Assembly (NCBI RefSeq): GCF_001194135.2
Contig: NC_068981.1
Coordinates: forward strand, 57,101,072 to 57,165,071
DNA from: Octopus bimaculoides
Lineage: Eukaryota
Length of the DNA: 64,000 nt
Direction of reading: 5' to 3'
Shown here: in pieces, positions 50,560 to 62,082 of the stretch
Position numbering within the stretch: position 1 is the stretch's first letter
How the letters are laid out: every line of letters begins with the position of its first letter
Program-made: the position numbers and the translations under genes
Notes under the pieces: model-generated
Seen by the model: the letters and a program-made list of their open reading frames with translations, nothing else
What the model was told of the DNA's origin: nothing
Database searches by the model: none

Positions 50560-50940
50560 AGAAAAAATGGATCAGGAGAGTGTCTTGTGCAGAATCTAAG
50601 AGGTGATAAACAGACAGTAGGAGTGGTAGGAGGCAGAAGACAGGTGTGTCAAAAAATATGCTATCAATTAGTTAAAGCACCAGAGGTTATTCTAACAGTA
50701 GTAGAAGAGGCAATGACAGGAAACTATTGTACATCTGTGAGCTGGTGGTTGTGTGTTGATGATCAAATTGTTGTTACAGGGTCAGATTGTCTTCCTTTTG
50801 ATACCAACTATGTTATATGTGTGTTTAGCAGACACATAGTTTCATGCATGTGCATGTTACTCTATTGTGGTCATAGTTGAGCCTTGTTGATGGTCAGCAA
50901 TTGATCAGGTCTCGAGTATTTTCTTAAAGAAGACTCCTAG
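50560..50940 (-). mobile_element. Degraded CR1/L2-group LINE ORF2 C-terminal remnant
   Basis: Minus frames give LGVFF..., QLLTINK, IE*HAH and a CLFYYC*NNL segment, fitting the KLGVL..QLL..Y..RP.MEY..H...SLFYRY pattern with many lesions. Confidence 0.55.
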
Positions 50941-52464
50941 TCTGTGATGCAGTTTAGTTAATGTTACATGCATATCACTATGAAAGATCATCAGAGCCTT
51001 TGAGACCTAGCGATTGTAACAATTTTAAGAGGGCTTTGACTAAAGAGGTTGAAATAAAAAGAGTTGGATAGATTTTTGTACATAGAAATATTTACATTAA
51101 TTGAAGGAACAGATGTTTCACAGTTTGATGCTTTCCTTAATTCAAACTTCTCCACCATGGGGCGGAAGTCATGTAATATTTTATGATAGATAAACTGCAG
51201 TGTAAAAGGGTGTTTTTGTTTTTTTCTTTCTTTGCTTATTCAATTTCAGATATAGCTTCTTGATGCATTACACCATTCCTCATCTACTTATATCATTCCT
51301 TATTTCTCATCTGATATGCAAACTCCAAAATATTTAACAGAAGAAAATTAAAAGTTATAACATTTGTGACTTAAAAGAGCACAAGAACATAATCTTAAAC
51401 ATTCAGTTACTACACTCCCAAATAAATTCATCATCTTGTTAACTTTGTGATATGAATGCATACAAGTTTGTTGGCCTCAGCTCTGGTGTAATCTTAAAGA
51501 GAAATGTTTGTGGCAGTCATTTCTTCCATATGGTTGCTATATACATTTTCTAATATTGTTTTTATAAGAATAATTTTCAAATTCTGTTATAGAATGTTAA
51601 TGACTTCCTATAATCTTTCTTAACAAGGAATTTTAAGTTAACACACATCTCCCAATTTTAGTTCCCCACTCTTTTTCTGTCTTTCTCAGTCCTCATTTCT
51701 CCCAGTCTCTTTCTCCTCCCCTACTTTGTTTGTTCAAGATCATCTTGAGAATAACCGGAGCAACTGTCATGATGTGTATGTAGAATATTTTTGATACTAT
51801 AACTATTTTGAAGCCAGTTTCTTTCTTTTTTTTTTTCTTTTTTTTTTTTCTTGACCCCTTGTTGTTAGGGTTCCAGTTTTTCTTACCTCAGAAAACTACA
51901 AAGAGCTCATATGTAAATTCAAACAGTGTTAGTTTAGATTTGTTATGGTTACAAATTGTACTTTAACCAATGCCAACTCATTTTTGCATTGATAGATAAT
52001 GTAATTTATTCTTGAAAAAAAAAAAAGATAATGCAGAGGAAAAAAAAAACACTTGCTTCAGTGCAAGTGGGGAGGGAGAAATTAAATGAACAAATCAAAA
52101 CAAAACCCTGCTGATACCTAGAATCAAGATTAACTTGGTAAAATGTGACCACAAGCAAATATAGATACTCTCTCATTCCTCCTACACCTTGACCCAATCA
52201 AACAACCAGGATGTGACAACTAGTGAAAGAGAGGGCTGCACTAGCCATTGGCTGGTAACCCTAAAAGAATGAAGGACAAAGGATGAGTTGACTTTTGCAG
52301 GATTTGTGTGTGTGTGTGTTTGTTTGTTCTACTACTAACATGGAATGAAAACTTATTATGATAGCATGAAATTATAGCATTATCACAAGCTACTTAACAA
52401 TTATTAGCATAAGCAAAACTAGTCAACTATATAAATATTTTATTATTCATAAAAATATATATAC

Positions 52465-52669
52465 TCTTTTACTTGTTTCAGTCATTTGACTGTGGCCATG
52501 CTGGAGCACCGCCTTTTAGTCGAGCAAATTGACCCCAGGACTTATTCTTTGGAAGCCTAGTACTTATTCTATCGGTCCCTTTTTGCCGAACCACTAAGTT
52601 ACGGGGACGTAAACACACCAGCATCGGTTGTCAAGCGAAGATGGGGGGACAAACACAGACACACAAACT

Positions 52670-52751
<82 letters not shown>

Positions 52752-52832
52752 TACGACAGGCTTCTTTCAGTTTCCGTCTACCAAATCCACTCACAAGGCT
52801 TTGGTCGGCCCGAGGCTATAGTAGAAGACACG
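52465..52832 (-). mobile_element. Family A SINE, young CpG-rich copy, head truncated
   Basis: Retains CpGs lost in other copies (GTCGAGC, ATCGGTC, ACGGGGACG, GGTCGGCCCGAGG); the head stops at AGAAGACAC. Confidence 0.92.
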
Positions 52833-52865
52833 TGCATTTTTGTTTTGTATATATATATATATATA

Positions 52866-53519
52866 TACTAGCAAACGACACCCCGTCCATTGTACAGCCA
52901 TCTGTATATGTGCATCTGAGCACACATATATGTACTCATGTGTTTATGTTTTTGTATCCATGTATATCTGTATATGGTAATGTATACATGCATATGCATG
53001 TATATATAAGTTTTTATGACTCTTTATATGGTTTTTTTAATATACTTTTTGTATTTTTGTATGCCTTATATTTCTATTTTTTTATTTTTATTTTTATTTT
53101 ATATTTGTATGTAAATTTTGCAAAATTCATGAATTGAATTTTGTAAATCTCTGAAGAGGCCTAGTGAATCATGCATGTACCCCCATTACTTCATTTTCAT
53201 CTACTAATTACTCCAGCATACTGGAGTTATATAGATAGAATGGGGCATGCCAACACTAGGCCGAAACAGCTGTAAGATTTTGTCCCTTTTCCAATTGCTA
53301 GATGTCCATTAAATTTGAAATCTTAATTGTTGATATGACATGGTACATCATAAGTGTCTGTATATTGTCATTTTTGTCATTTTGGTTATAAAATAAACAG
53401 ATTAATCAATGGAATACAGTGTCTGCAATTTGATGAGTACCTCATATTCCCCTCCATTTTCTTATTGCTATATAAAATCCCTTAGTGGGTTGGATCCTCA
53501 ACCCCTAACTCTCTTGGAT
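52866..53519 (+). mobile_element. ~650-bp non-coding hammerhead-bearing element between (TA)n tracts (Penelope pLTR- or retrozyme-like)
   Basis: (TA)n on both sides, T-rich tract 53010-53140 upstream of the ribozyme, terminal hairpin; the 3' end is shared with the fragment at 2548-2584. Confidence 0.6.
53145..53280 (+). ncRNA. Type-I hammerhead ribozyme with canonical core and extended helix II
   Basis: Helix I AAATCT/AGATTT; core CTGAAGA (53151-53157); helix II GGCCTAGTG/CACTAGGCC (9 perfect bp); GAAA (53263-53266); helix III AC-AGCT-GT; predicted cleavage after GUA at 53274. Confidence 0.85.
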
Positions 53520-53536
53520 TATATATATATATATAT

Positions 53537-53748
53537 ATCGTCCAACCCATGCTATGCTAGCATGGGTTGGACGATTTGACTGAGGACTGGTGAAACCGGA
53601 TGGCAACACCAGGCTCCACTCTGATTTGGCAGAGTTTCTACAGCTGGATGCCCTTCCTAACGCCAACCACTCAGAGAGTGTAGTGGGTGCTTTTACGTGT
53701 CACCCGCACGAAAACGGCCACGCTCGAAATGGTGTCTTTTATGTGCCA
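53537..53748 (-). mobile_element. Family B RTE tail, young subfamily, with the 3' end replaced by an inverted duplication
   Basis: 53556-53747 matches 48617-48810 almost exactly; the normal (CAT)n..CGCTTT end is absent. Confidence 0.9.
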
Positions 53749-53799
53749 GTGCAAACTTATAAGAACATGGAGCTAACTCTCACATAAATAAAACAGAGG

Positions 53800-54425
53800 T
53801 CCTGCATTAAAAAGTGCCCAACAAACAGGAACTTGGTTCAGCCATTCAGGTACATTCAGGTACAGTGGAAATATAGAGCCCTTCTAATATCTGGATAATC
53901 TCTTGCCACTTAATGCAGATATTGGTGAGGTCATCCAGCACCAGGTAAAACATGTCAATACAAACTTTGGTCATCTGAGTAGATTGGTATATGTAAAATC
54001 ATGATCTGAGACAAGCAATTAAGCTAATGTTATATAAGGCAGTTGTACCTATGCACCAATATGGCACTGAAACCTGGACAGGTTATAGGTGATATCTCCA
54101 TAAGCTGGAAAGATACCCTCAAAGAGAGGAGGAAAATCATGCACATTCTAGACATTGCTGTGTGCAGACAAACCAATATTTCTTGTATTGAGATCATGAT
54201 CATGATGTGCAAATGTTGGACTATTGGTTGCCAAAGCAACTGTATATTTCTAGGTAAATGAAGGAAAGCACATTCAAAGATGTCAAACGAAGGGGTTTGA
54301 GAATGAGCAAAAGGAAGTGTAGTGTCAATGTAATGTGGAAATCATAGATGTACAAGTGGAAATCATAGATGACTAACTAACACAAGTGAAGAGGGATCAT
54401 CTATGGTGACCCAACACTTCAATAC
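53800..54425 (+). mobile_element. Degraded RTE-clade LINE ORF2 3' region (a different, old subfamily)
   Basis: Shifted frames give AIKLMLYKAVV, QYGTETWT.YR..LHKLERY and DYWLPKQLY, matching K..Y.AVV...LYG.ETWT and LPKQLLY motifs. Confidence 0.75.
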
Positions 54426-54783
54426 AAAAAAAAATGAACATTTTACTTATAAACATGAGCAGAGAAAGCAGCATGAAACAACCAACCATAGAACTTCTCC
54501 CATGAGATAACAAATGTCTGATCCAAAACCACACTGCAGTGTCCCACATTGACTTATATTAGTGACATGATCACATGGGGTCCACAGAAGTTAAATCTGA
54601 TGGAGCAACCAACCTTGATCCCAGGGGATTGCTGATGACACATATATGCTTGCATTCTTCCTTTTTCATATGTCATTACATATTTCATATTTTCTTGTAT
54701 CTATAATCTGTGTAACTGAATAATTGTTTTAATATTATTTTATTGTGTTAGCCAGTGATTTGATTTATTAATATTATTATTAT

Positions 54784-54818
<35 letters not shown>

Positions 54819-54837
54819 AGCTAGTAGAATCGTCAGG

Positions 54838-54901
54838 TCACTGTCTGGAATGAACTTGGAATCTTGGGGTTAGTAGCCCGCTCTCTTAACCACTACGCCA
54901 T
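54838..54901 (-). mobile_element. tRNA-derived SINE head (not a functional tRNA)
   Basis: Minus strand TGGCGTAGTGG (perfect A-box), anticodon-arm-like CGGG-CTACTAA-CCCC, degenerate B-box AAGTTCATTCC; no acceptor stem. Confidence 0.75.
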
Positions 54902-54942
54902 GATGAAGGCTGGAGGGTATATCCGCCGAAACACTGTGTTAA
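54901..54942 (+). ncRNA. Hammerhead-like motif truncated at the 5' side of the core
   Basis: TGATGA-A-GGC(T)GGA-GGGTATA-TCC-GCC-GAAAC-ACTGT-GTT; C3 and the 5' strand of helix I are missing at the junction. Confidence 0.5.
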
Positions 54943-55134
54943 CAACAAAGATGAGGACAAATATCTATCAAATGTAAATGTAAATAATGTACATAATTCC
55001 TCATCTCTTAAATATAGAACTGTAGTACCAATTGAGTACTGAGGTTTGTGTGATTAACTATCCTTTCCCCCAAATTGCTGGCCTTGTGCCAAAATTGAAA
55101 CTATTGTTGTTGTTGTTGTTGTTGTACATATTAT

Positions 55135-55412
55135 ATGTGCAGTTCATGAGCTAACTAATCACCACATGACCCACGAGGCTATTAGATGATGTTACACACC
55201 GCTGGTCACAATGTGCTTGTTTTAGCCTTCAAATGATGCTACCCCATTGGCCGGGCAAACAGCCCAACAAACAGCCTGGTTGAAGGGGGACTGGAGCAAT
55301 GTGAAATGAGATGTTTTGCTCAAGAACACAACACGTCTTCCAGTCTGGGAATCAAACCCATGATCTAGAGACCGTGAGCACAGCAGTCTAATCACTAGGT
55401 CATACACCTTCA
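55135..55412 (-). mobile_element. tRNA-derived SINE family D
   Basis: Minus-strand head TGACCTAGTGATTAG...GGGTTTGATTCCC, then GTGTTGTGTTCTTGAGCAAAACA..TTGCTCCAGTC. Confidence 0.75.
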
Positions 55413-55977
55413 CAATCTAAACTAATGGACTGACAAAAAGGAAAAAAAAATTGAAGAAAATCAAAATGTTGATAATTTAAAAGAAATCAGAAGTTGATTA
55501 ATACATTTGTAAGGAGATACAGCATCACTAATAGCTAATATTACAGGTTCAGATTTTAGCATTGCACATTTTTTGATGCACATGTGTATAAATGGTTGTT
55601 TGTGTGAATATGTGTGAATTCAAACTAAATATACATACATAAAAAAATAACAATACAAAGCTATTTCCAACCACTAATCTCAGTTGAGTGAACTAAATAT
55701 TGCCTTAACGGTTTCACTTCACCCACCTGCCATTCTTTTATAATCAGCTAAACTAATTTAGATGCTACATTACAACTAAAAAGTTCTACAGTAATTAACT
55801 CCCTGCTTCACTGAACCATTCTTTATAGTTTTATCTTGGGATCAGAAACCTGTGGTTAGAGTACTTGCAGTTCTCCAAATGCTGTAAGTTTTCACTAAAT
55901 AAGGCTTTAACCTGCTGAGTTTCTGTCTGTACTGAATAGCCTTCCAGCATATCCTTATCTTATTTTATTCTCTCATA

Positions 55978-56029
<52 letters not shown>

Positions 56030-56511
56030 CCTCTTTTCTATTTCAGATTTTCATTTTCTTTCTTTCAATCTCTCTGCTTTCTCCCTTTTATTCTGGTATA
56101 TCCCATGGGGCCAATGTTTGAATTTTTCAACCCCCTACACTAATACATCAGCTATCAAATCCTTCATCTTATGGATGTTTTATTTATTTTTAACCCCCTC
56201 CTCCCCCTCCTCTTCCTACTACTACTACTACTATCCCCACCACCACCACACTACTACTGCTAAATAAATGATATCCTCTTTCTCCCAGTAGTAGGTCCAT
56301 TTGTACTGAAATGCTACAGAATCAACATTGACCACCTGTGGATGTGAGAACTCCTTAAAGCTAGGCTGATCCCCAGGGGAGCCTTTTTATGTTGCACTGC
56401 TTTTACTTCCCTTTTGGCTAGCTTCACACAGAACATATTCAACCAAGACTACTTCAGCCATCTGGCATTTTTCTAATACTAACTATCCATTCATCTATGC
56501 AAACTACTGTC

Positions 56512-56562
<51 letters not shown>

Positions 56563-57289
56563 TTGGTTTCACATTTAGAGGAGTCTGTAGAAAGTTGTTT
56601 CAAATCACATACTTCCTCTCCTCTTTTTATCCTTTTACCTCCCAAGTTCTGCCAATAGCTTGGTCAGCCCTTTCCTAAAACAGAAATAATTTTTTCTCTC
56701 CAGAAATTATTATTTTGCTTCTCTTTGTCCAATACTCACAAACACACACAACCTAATATGTAATGTGTATTCAGTCATTTTACATCATCTCACCCAATAT
56801 TCTCATGTAAACCGCTATTCTGTTTTAAATACTGAGTGAGAAAAACAATGTATTTTTCCTTTGTTTTAGTTTTTTTTTGTGTGTGTGAAGGTGGGTTTTT
56901 TTTTTTTTTTTTACCTGTCCAGCATATTTGCATTCCTCATTTCTACTGAGCAATTCCATTATCCAGATTTAGCTACATATAATGTGTGTTTGTGAGTGTG
57001 TGTGTGCAAATACATTTTTATTTGGTTTGTATTAGCAATATGTTTTACTTTAATTTTATGTATAGAAATTGGATGGCATATGCATGTATTTACGGTTTAT
57101 TTAATATTTATTGGTGGGGTGGTATTGCATAACATTAAGTATGTATTGTGTGTGTGTGTACATATATATATATATATTCGTTTATATTTATATAATGAGC
57201 ATTACTATATATATATATATACACAGACACATAGTACATGTATTTGTCTATGTGTATATAGGTATGTGTGTGTTGTGTTTTGTGTCTCT

Positions 57290-57860
57290 TATCATCATCA
57301 TCATCACCTTGATAGCATGCAGTGAACATTTTGACAGAATCTAATAACTGGAAGACTGCATCAAGCTCCAATGTTCGCTTTGGCTTGATTTCTATGTTTT
57401 GATGCCCTACCTAATGCCAACCACTTTACAGAATGTAATTGGTGCTATTTTTCTTGACATGCTCACTAGTGAGGTTTTCACGAGTAAAGCTGCAGAAGAG
57501 AGAATGGTGACTTTATGCCCAGTGTTGAGAGACTAGAGTATGACAGACAGCACAGAGAAGGAACTTGCTAAAGAAGAGATACACGGCTAACCTCCTATTA
57601 TATAAGGGTGGAGTAACTGGAAAGAAGATACTGAAGATGGTGACAAGTGACAGAGTGTACTATGAAGATATAAGATGGTAAATATAAGAGAAAATACAAG
57701 CAGAAGATTGGAAAGGATAGATGGATAAATTCATTAGAACGTGAGAGGAGAGTGACGGATGGTTAGAGATAGGGCTAGAGGTGAATGTAATGAATGGAAC
57801 AAGGGTGGCGGTCTAGTTGATGGTAAATATCAGTATTGGAGGAAGATGAAAGAAATTTCA
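57290..57860 (-). mobile_element. Old RTE-tail element with purine-rich extension
   Basis: (CAT)n, GATGCCCTACCTAATGCCAACCACTTTAC core; the extension resembles 11940-12120. Confidence 0.65.
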
Positions 57861-58201
57861 GATGCTCTGGAAGGAGAAAAGTGTTTATGTTTATGTGTGG
57901 ATATGTGCGTTTTTAACACCATTTTGACATCCACATTTCTATGCTTGCATGTGCCAGATGGAGTTCATTGAGACTTATTTTCTATGATCAGATGACCTAT
58001 CTGCCACCAACCGTTCCTATTTCCAAGTTAGGCCATATTTTTCCGTGGACAGACATTTACACAAAAAGATTGGAAATGAATGATACTCCATATATGACTG
58101 ACATTTTTTTATAACTCTCCTGTGAAGTCAAGGGCAACACAAATATAATGGAGACAGACCCCCGTGTACAAACATGCATGCTCACACACACACACAAAGA
58201 A

Positions 58202-58234
<33 letters not shown>

Positions 58235-58893
58235 NNNNNNNNNNNNNNNNNNNNNNNNNNNNNNNNNNNNNNNNNNNNNNNNNNNNNNNNNNNNNNNNNN
58301 NNNNTATATATATCAAAGATTCTTACTGTAAAATAATCCACAGGTGTAAAGAATAGAAGTGTGTAAAGTTGGGTGTAAATTTTATTTTAACCTGAAGTTG
58401 AAATTGCATTATTGCTTTTAGGCTATTAATTGTTAGCGCACTGTTCTGAATGATATATGACAAACAAAAAATACGGAACTTTTTATTCATATCATTTCAG
58501 AAATACTTTGATTTTCTGATGAGAGAAAGATTTCCTGAACATTTGTTCAAGAGTGAACTTCTTTAAAGCAGTACATTTATTTTCTGAGAGGCTAAATCAC
58601 CACCATTGTTATCCTATTGTTAATATATTCCATATAAAATTATAGTCTTTGACATTAGTATTTTCAATAGCCACATGTATTTTGATAAACATCAGCCTAA
58701 AGATTTCTCTGGATTTTTGAAAGAATATTGATGATGATGAAATCATCCTACCCTTGATTTTGAAAGATTAATTATTTACTTAAACAACTTAGAGGTTACA
58801 TGATCCAGAAGTATTAAATGTAGAAGACTAAGATTTTTGCTATTGGTCTGTGGTATTTCTCTTGCAAACTTATGTGTATGGCTGGGTTAAGGT

Positions 58894-58915
58894 TTAACCC
58901 TTTTGTTACCATTAT
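58894..58915 (+). mobile_element. Solo terminus of the piggyBac-like MITE (the other terminus type occurs alone at ~61453-61490)
   Basis: TTAACCCTTTTGTTACCAT; no partner TIR found nearby. Confidence 0.5.
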
Positions 58916-59104
58916 TTTTTTTTGAAATACTGTAGAGATGTTTAGCAATATATGTACTTACATTGAGGGTGAATGGGACTTTGAACCAAATAATTTTATG
59001 CTTCTATTTTTGTGTCTGGACATTCATATTATATACATAACTAAATTTATTATCAAATTTAGTCGCTTTGTTGCCCCTTTTCTCCCTACTTGTGCCTGTG
59101 TATG

Positions 59105-59265
59105 TATGTGTGTGTGGCTGTGTGGTAAGAAGTTTGCTTCCCCACCACATGGTTCCAGTTTCAATCCCACTGCATGACACCTTGGGTAAGTGTCTTCTAC
59201 TATATCCTCAGGCCAACCAAAACCTTGTGAGTGGATTTGGTTGATGGAATCTGAAAGAAGTTCAT

Positions 59266-59342
<77 letters not shown>

Positions 59343-59585
59343 ATCCCCCTGACAGCACTTGACAACCGATGCTGATGTGTTTATGTCCCCGTAACTTAGC
59401 AGTTCAGCCAAAGTGGCCGATAGAATAAGTACTAAGCTTACAAAGAATAAGTCAATTTCTTCTAAAACTCTTTAAGGTGGTGCTCCAGCATGACCACAGT
59501 CAAAGGCAGTGCTCCAGCATGATTGCATCCAAAGGCAGTGCTCCAGTATGGCCACAGTCATATGACTAAAACAAATTAAAGAATA
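59105..59585 (+). mobile_element. Family A SINE with triplicated 3' module
   Basis: Full head, (TA)/(TG) spacer, GTGCTCCAG(C/T)ATG...CAAAGGCA unit three times at ~59478-59562. Confidence 0.88.
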
Positions 59586-60929
59586 TATATATCTATCACT
59601 GATCTTTCTATAACACCTTATGTATTTCTCAACAGCTTTACTTGAAAATGCTTTTAGATAAGTCAATCAACTGTTTGACATATTTATTCATTTATCATGC
59701 ATTTTCAGTGCAGTCATTGCAAGGCATCTGCTAGATTTTGACTAAGCAAAATTATTTTTCTTTACAGTCATTGTTCTTGTCACTATATTGTTGCTCTCTT
59801 ATGACTGCTTGAAATTTTACACATTTTTATCTATGTGTGCGACAATATGAAAACAGAATGCCTAAAAAATGCTCCCTTCTCACTCTACCCCTTATAGTAA
59901 CCTGAAAATGATAAAACCTCTCAGCTTCCCATTTCATCCATACCTCTGTGTGTGTCTGTGTCTGTGATAAGATAAGGTTTTGTTTCAAAATGTATGAAGC
60001 ATTACTTAATGTATTATGCTATCTAGTTTAGTCCTCATTAAAAGAGAAAAATTCAAACTCTAATGTGGTTGATTTTTTTTCACAGATGATAGAATAAATA
60101 GTAGTAATAGCAGGGTTCATCCTATTCCCACATCACCAACACTACAACAGTTGACCTTGTTCATGGTTAAAAAGGAACAGTTCCCTTGATCATAAGTGTT
60201 AATTTTATACTAAAATGTTAATTGACTCCTCCATTTTATGACTGGATATAATAAGAAATCCTCCATTAGTGTTATTGTAAGAGTTACTGATACTGCTTTT
60301 TAGCTTTGTTTTAACATACACATTTTTTCCAAGTTGCTGGTAGTTAGTTTTATTACAAGCATAATGATACCCTCAGTTTTAGTGTCTGAAGTTCAAATGA
60401 AATATTATTGCTCTAAACTGTCAGGATATTTAATACATTTAAAGCAATATTCTCCAGCCTTTCTTGTCATTCTTTAACTGACCTTTCTAGGTCAAGGACA
60501 TACTCAAAGATTTTCATGCCATTTATTTATTATTTATAGTTTTGTCTATGTGCGTGTGTGTTTTAAAGGCAATTAAAAGGAAATTACTGATGTTGAATAA
60601 TAAAGAAAATTTAAATATCTTTGTTCATAGAGTTATGGTTATGGGTTTGTTTTCAATTATATTTAGATTAAAAAAAAAAAAAACAAGGAAAAGGAATATA
60701 TGCATATATATATGTTTCTATATGTGGTTTTATGAGCTCATTTTGTTCTTAAGAGCAGATTTCAGTAAATGTTCCTCTCTGTTTTATCCTTCATTTTAAT
60801 ATACACAACATAAAAGACCTATGTACAGTATAGTGTGTTGTGTGATTCCTTCTAATATTTCCATATCAGTTATTGAAAAGGAAACTATTATCTCTCTTGC
60901 TTTACTCTAGTTACTACTGTTCATTACTT

Positions 60930-61300
60930 TGGCTGAGTGGTTAAGAATGTTGCTTTGCAATCGCATACTTTCGAGTTCAGTCCCACTGCACAACACTTTG
61001 GGCAAGTGTCTTCTACTACAGCCCCAGACCAACCAAATCTCTGTGAGTGAATTTACAGTCTGAAACTGTAACTATGTGAAAACCTGTTGTGTCCATGACT
61101 CTGTGTGTGTGCGTGTGTGTGTGTGTGTGTGTGCACTTTTGTGCATGTGTGTTAGTGTTGGTCCCTCACCACTTGACAGCCAGTGGTCAATAGAACAATG
61201 ATCAAAGTAAAAATTAATACTGGGATTAATTTGATCAACTTAATCCTACAAGGCATTGCTCCAGCATGGCCACAGTCTGATGACTGAAACCAGTAATAAA
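60930..61300 (+). mobile_element. Family A SINE, degraded
   Basis: GGCTGAGTGGTTAAG..GAGTTCAGTCCCACTG..GGGCAAGTGTCTTCTACT..CCAGCATGGCCACAGTCTGATGACTGAAAC. Confidence 0.78.
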
Positions 61301-62082
61301 CAAATATTTCTATTAGCAAATTCCCTACTCCACATCTCTATTTTCTTTCCCACCCTCCCTCTATCTGTCTCCATTCTTTTTACTGACTTGTCTGATTGAA
61401 CTGTAGGCATACTGGGGTACATGCATATTCATTTGTTTTTTTACTGTGGTTTAACTCTTTTGATCTAGCCCACCTGAGACCATCTGGTTCAAAAGGTGTA
61501 TCACTGTCTTAGAAGAGATGTTGTTCATTTATAGTCTTCCATGAAAAACATGTCTGACTCTGGGGAAATATTACTTTGTATGGGAATAGGTGAGGGTTGG
61601 CAACAGGAAGGGCATCAAGACATAGAAAATCTGTTCCAACAAATTCCATCTGATCTGTGCAAGTATAGAAAAGTAGACATGAAATGATGATCATGATGAG
61701 TGCAGGTGCTCATTCTGAAACTTTTTCTTTTTGACATTTTATAAAAGAATAGTTTTAATGTGGCCTTTCACCCCCACCTGAATAAAACCATCTTTTGCTA
61801 ACTATTTAACAACTTCAGAATAGAAACATCATTTTGTAAGCTTAATGAGTTACTAACATTGCAGATTTAATGAAAAACTAACATTCAGTGATATCAGTGA
61901 TAAACTAAGTACATAAACAAATGCATGGTTTAGATTTTTAAAAAATGTGCCCATGCATTTGTATGTATACACCCACACAAAGACATAGTTTTATAATAAT
62001 TATTTGAACTTAATTGTGAATTCTGGTGACTACCACCGAGTCACTCTTAATTTTCAATGCCTTCTACATTACATTACATATC

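Larger units (their letters stand above)
54815..55110 (+). mobile_element. Family C SINE interrupted by a tRNA-head/hammerhead insertion
   Basis: Head-like GTGAGCTAGTAGAATCGTCAG at 54815 and 3' part GTACC..GAGTACTGAGG..CCCCCAAATTGCTGGCCTTGTGCCAAAATT at 55025-55100, homologous to the reverse complement of 27003-27075. Confidence 0.55.

Noticed and set aside
54838-54901. Possible tRNA gene
   Set aside because: Degenerate B-box and no acceptor stem; SINE head only. The same applies to the head at 44730-44800.
59478-59562. Possible CRISPR-like repeat array
   Set aside because: Units are contiguous duplications of a SINE tail without unique spacers, in eukaryotic DNA.
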